Assembly (NCBI RefSeq): GCF_028641065.1
Contig: NC_073394.1
Span: 11,656,001 to 11,720,000, forward strand
DNA: 64,000 bases
Direction of reading: 5' to 3'
DNA from: Leucoraja erinacea
Lineage: Eukaryota
Numbering within the stretch: the first letter of the stretch is position 1; every line of letters begins with the position of its first letter. The notes under the pieces were generated by a model, which saw nothing but the letters and a program-made list of their open reading frames with translations, ran no database searches and had not been told where the DNA came from. Both the position numbers and the translations under genes were made by a program. Positions 63,740 to 64,000 of this stretch are shown here, piece after piece.

Positions 63740-64000
63740 TGACGGCAACAGACAATAGATGGCACTGGAAGGAGCTGGCAGCGCAGAGTGCGCAGGCGTA
63801 AGTGCTGGCAGCCGGCAGCCGATAGAGGAAAGTGCGCAGGCGTGAGTGCCGGTAACCGGCCGCCGATTAAGGAGAGTGCGCATGCGTGCGTGCCGGCAGC
63901 CGCCAGTGGAGAGTCCGCGGGCGCAAGCGCCGGCAGTCGGCAGCGGAGTCTGCGCGGTAGCGAGAGGCATCAGCCAGCAGATGAATATGCGCAGGCGCGC
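63740..64000 (+). promoter_or_regulatory. Start of a CpG-island promoter containing a ~44-bp tandem repeat of NRF1 motifs
   Basis: TGCGCAGGCGT at 63789 and 63833, TGCGCATGCGT at 63877, TGCGCAGGCGC at 63988; high CpG density. Confidence 0.7.

Overview
Repeat-dense vertebrate genomic DNA. The repeat complement (HE1-type tRNA SINEs, HER1/CR1 LINEs, Deu-domain SINE relics, Rex1/Babar, Penelope-derived fragments) points to a cartilaginous fish, probably a skate or ray. The main content is two tandem, same-strand (+) parathyroid-hormone-family genes, which the ORF track shows only in part because they are spliced. Gene A: TATA ~47185, non-coding exon 1 ending 47303, prepro exon with CDS 47989-48080, hormone exon 49752-50082; 140-aa precursor, mature peptide SVSEMQLMHDMGRHL.... 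Gene B: TATA ~56953, non-coding exon 1 ending 57081, CDS 60088-60176 plus 60258-60564; 131-aa precursor, mature peptide TVSEHQEMHDRGRFL.... Both have the classic 3-exon PTH architecture. The pair is bracketed by two CpG-rich housekeeping-type promoters: a CCAAT/PBX-PREP-rich one at ~19.2-19.7 kb, probably firing leftwards, and an NRF1-motif tandem repeat at the right edge. This layout fits FAR1-PTH-BTBD10 synteny, but no coding exon of either neighbour is visible. The rest is transposon-derived: two fused Tc1 halves, Rex1 and CR1 RT fragments, two tandem Helitron-like elements, a hAT MITE, two Harbinger MITEs, and many Penelope-derived repeats carrying minimal hammerhead-ribozyme cores. There are also G-rich minisatellites and three assembly gaps. 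Repeat boundaries are approximate unless TIR/TSD positions are given.
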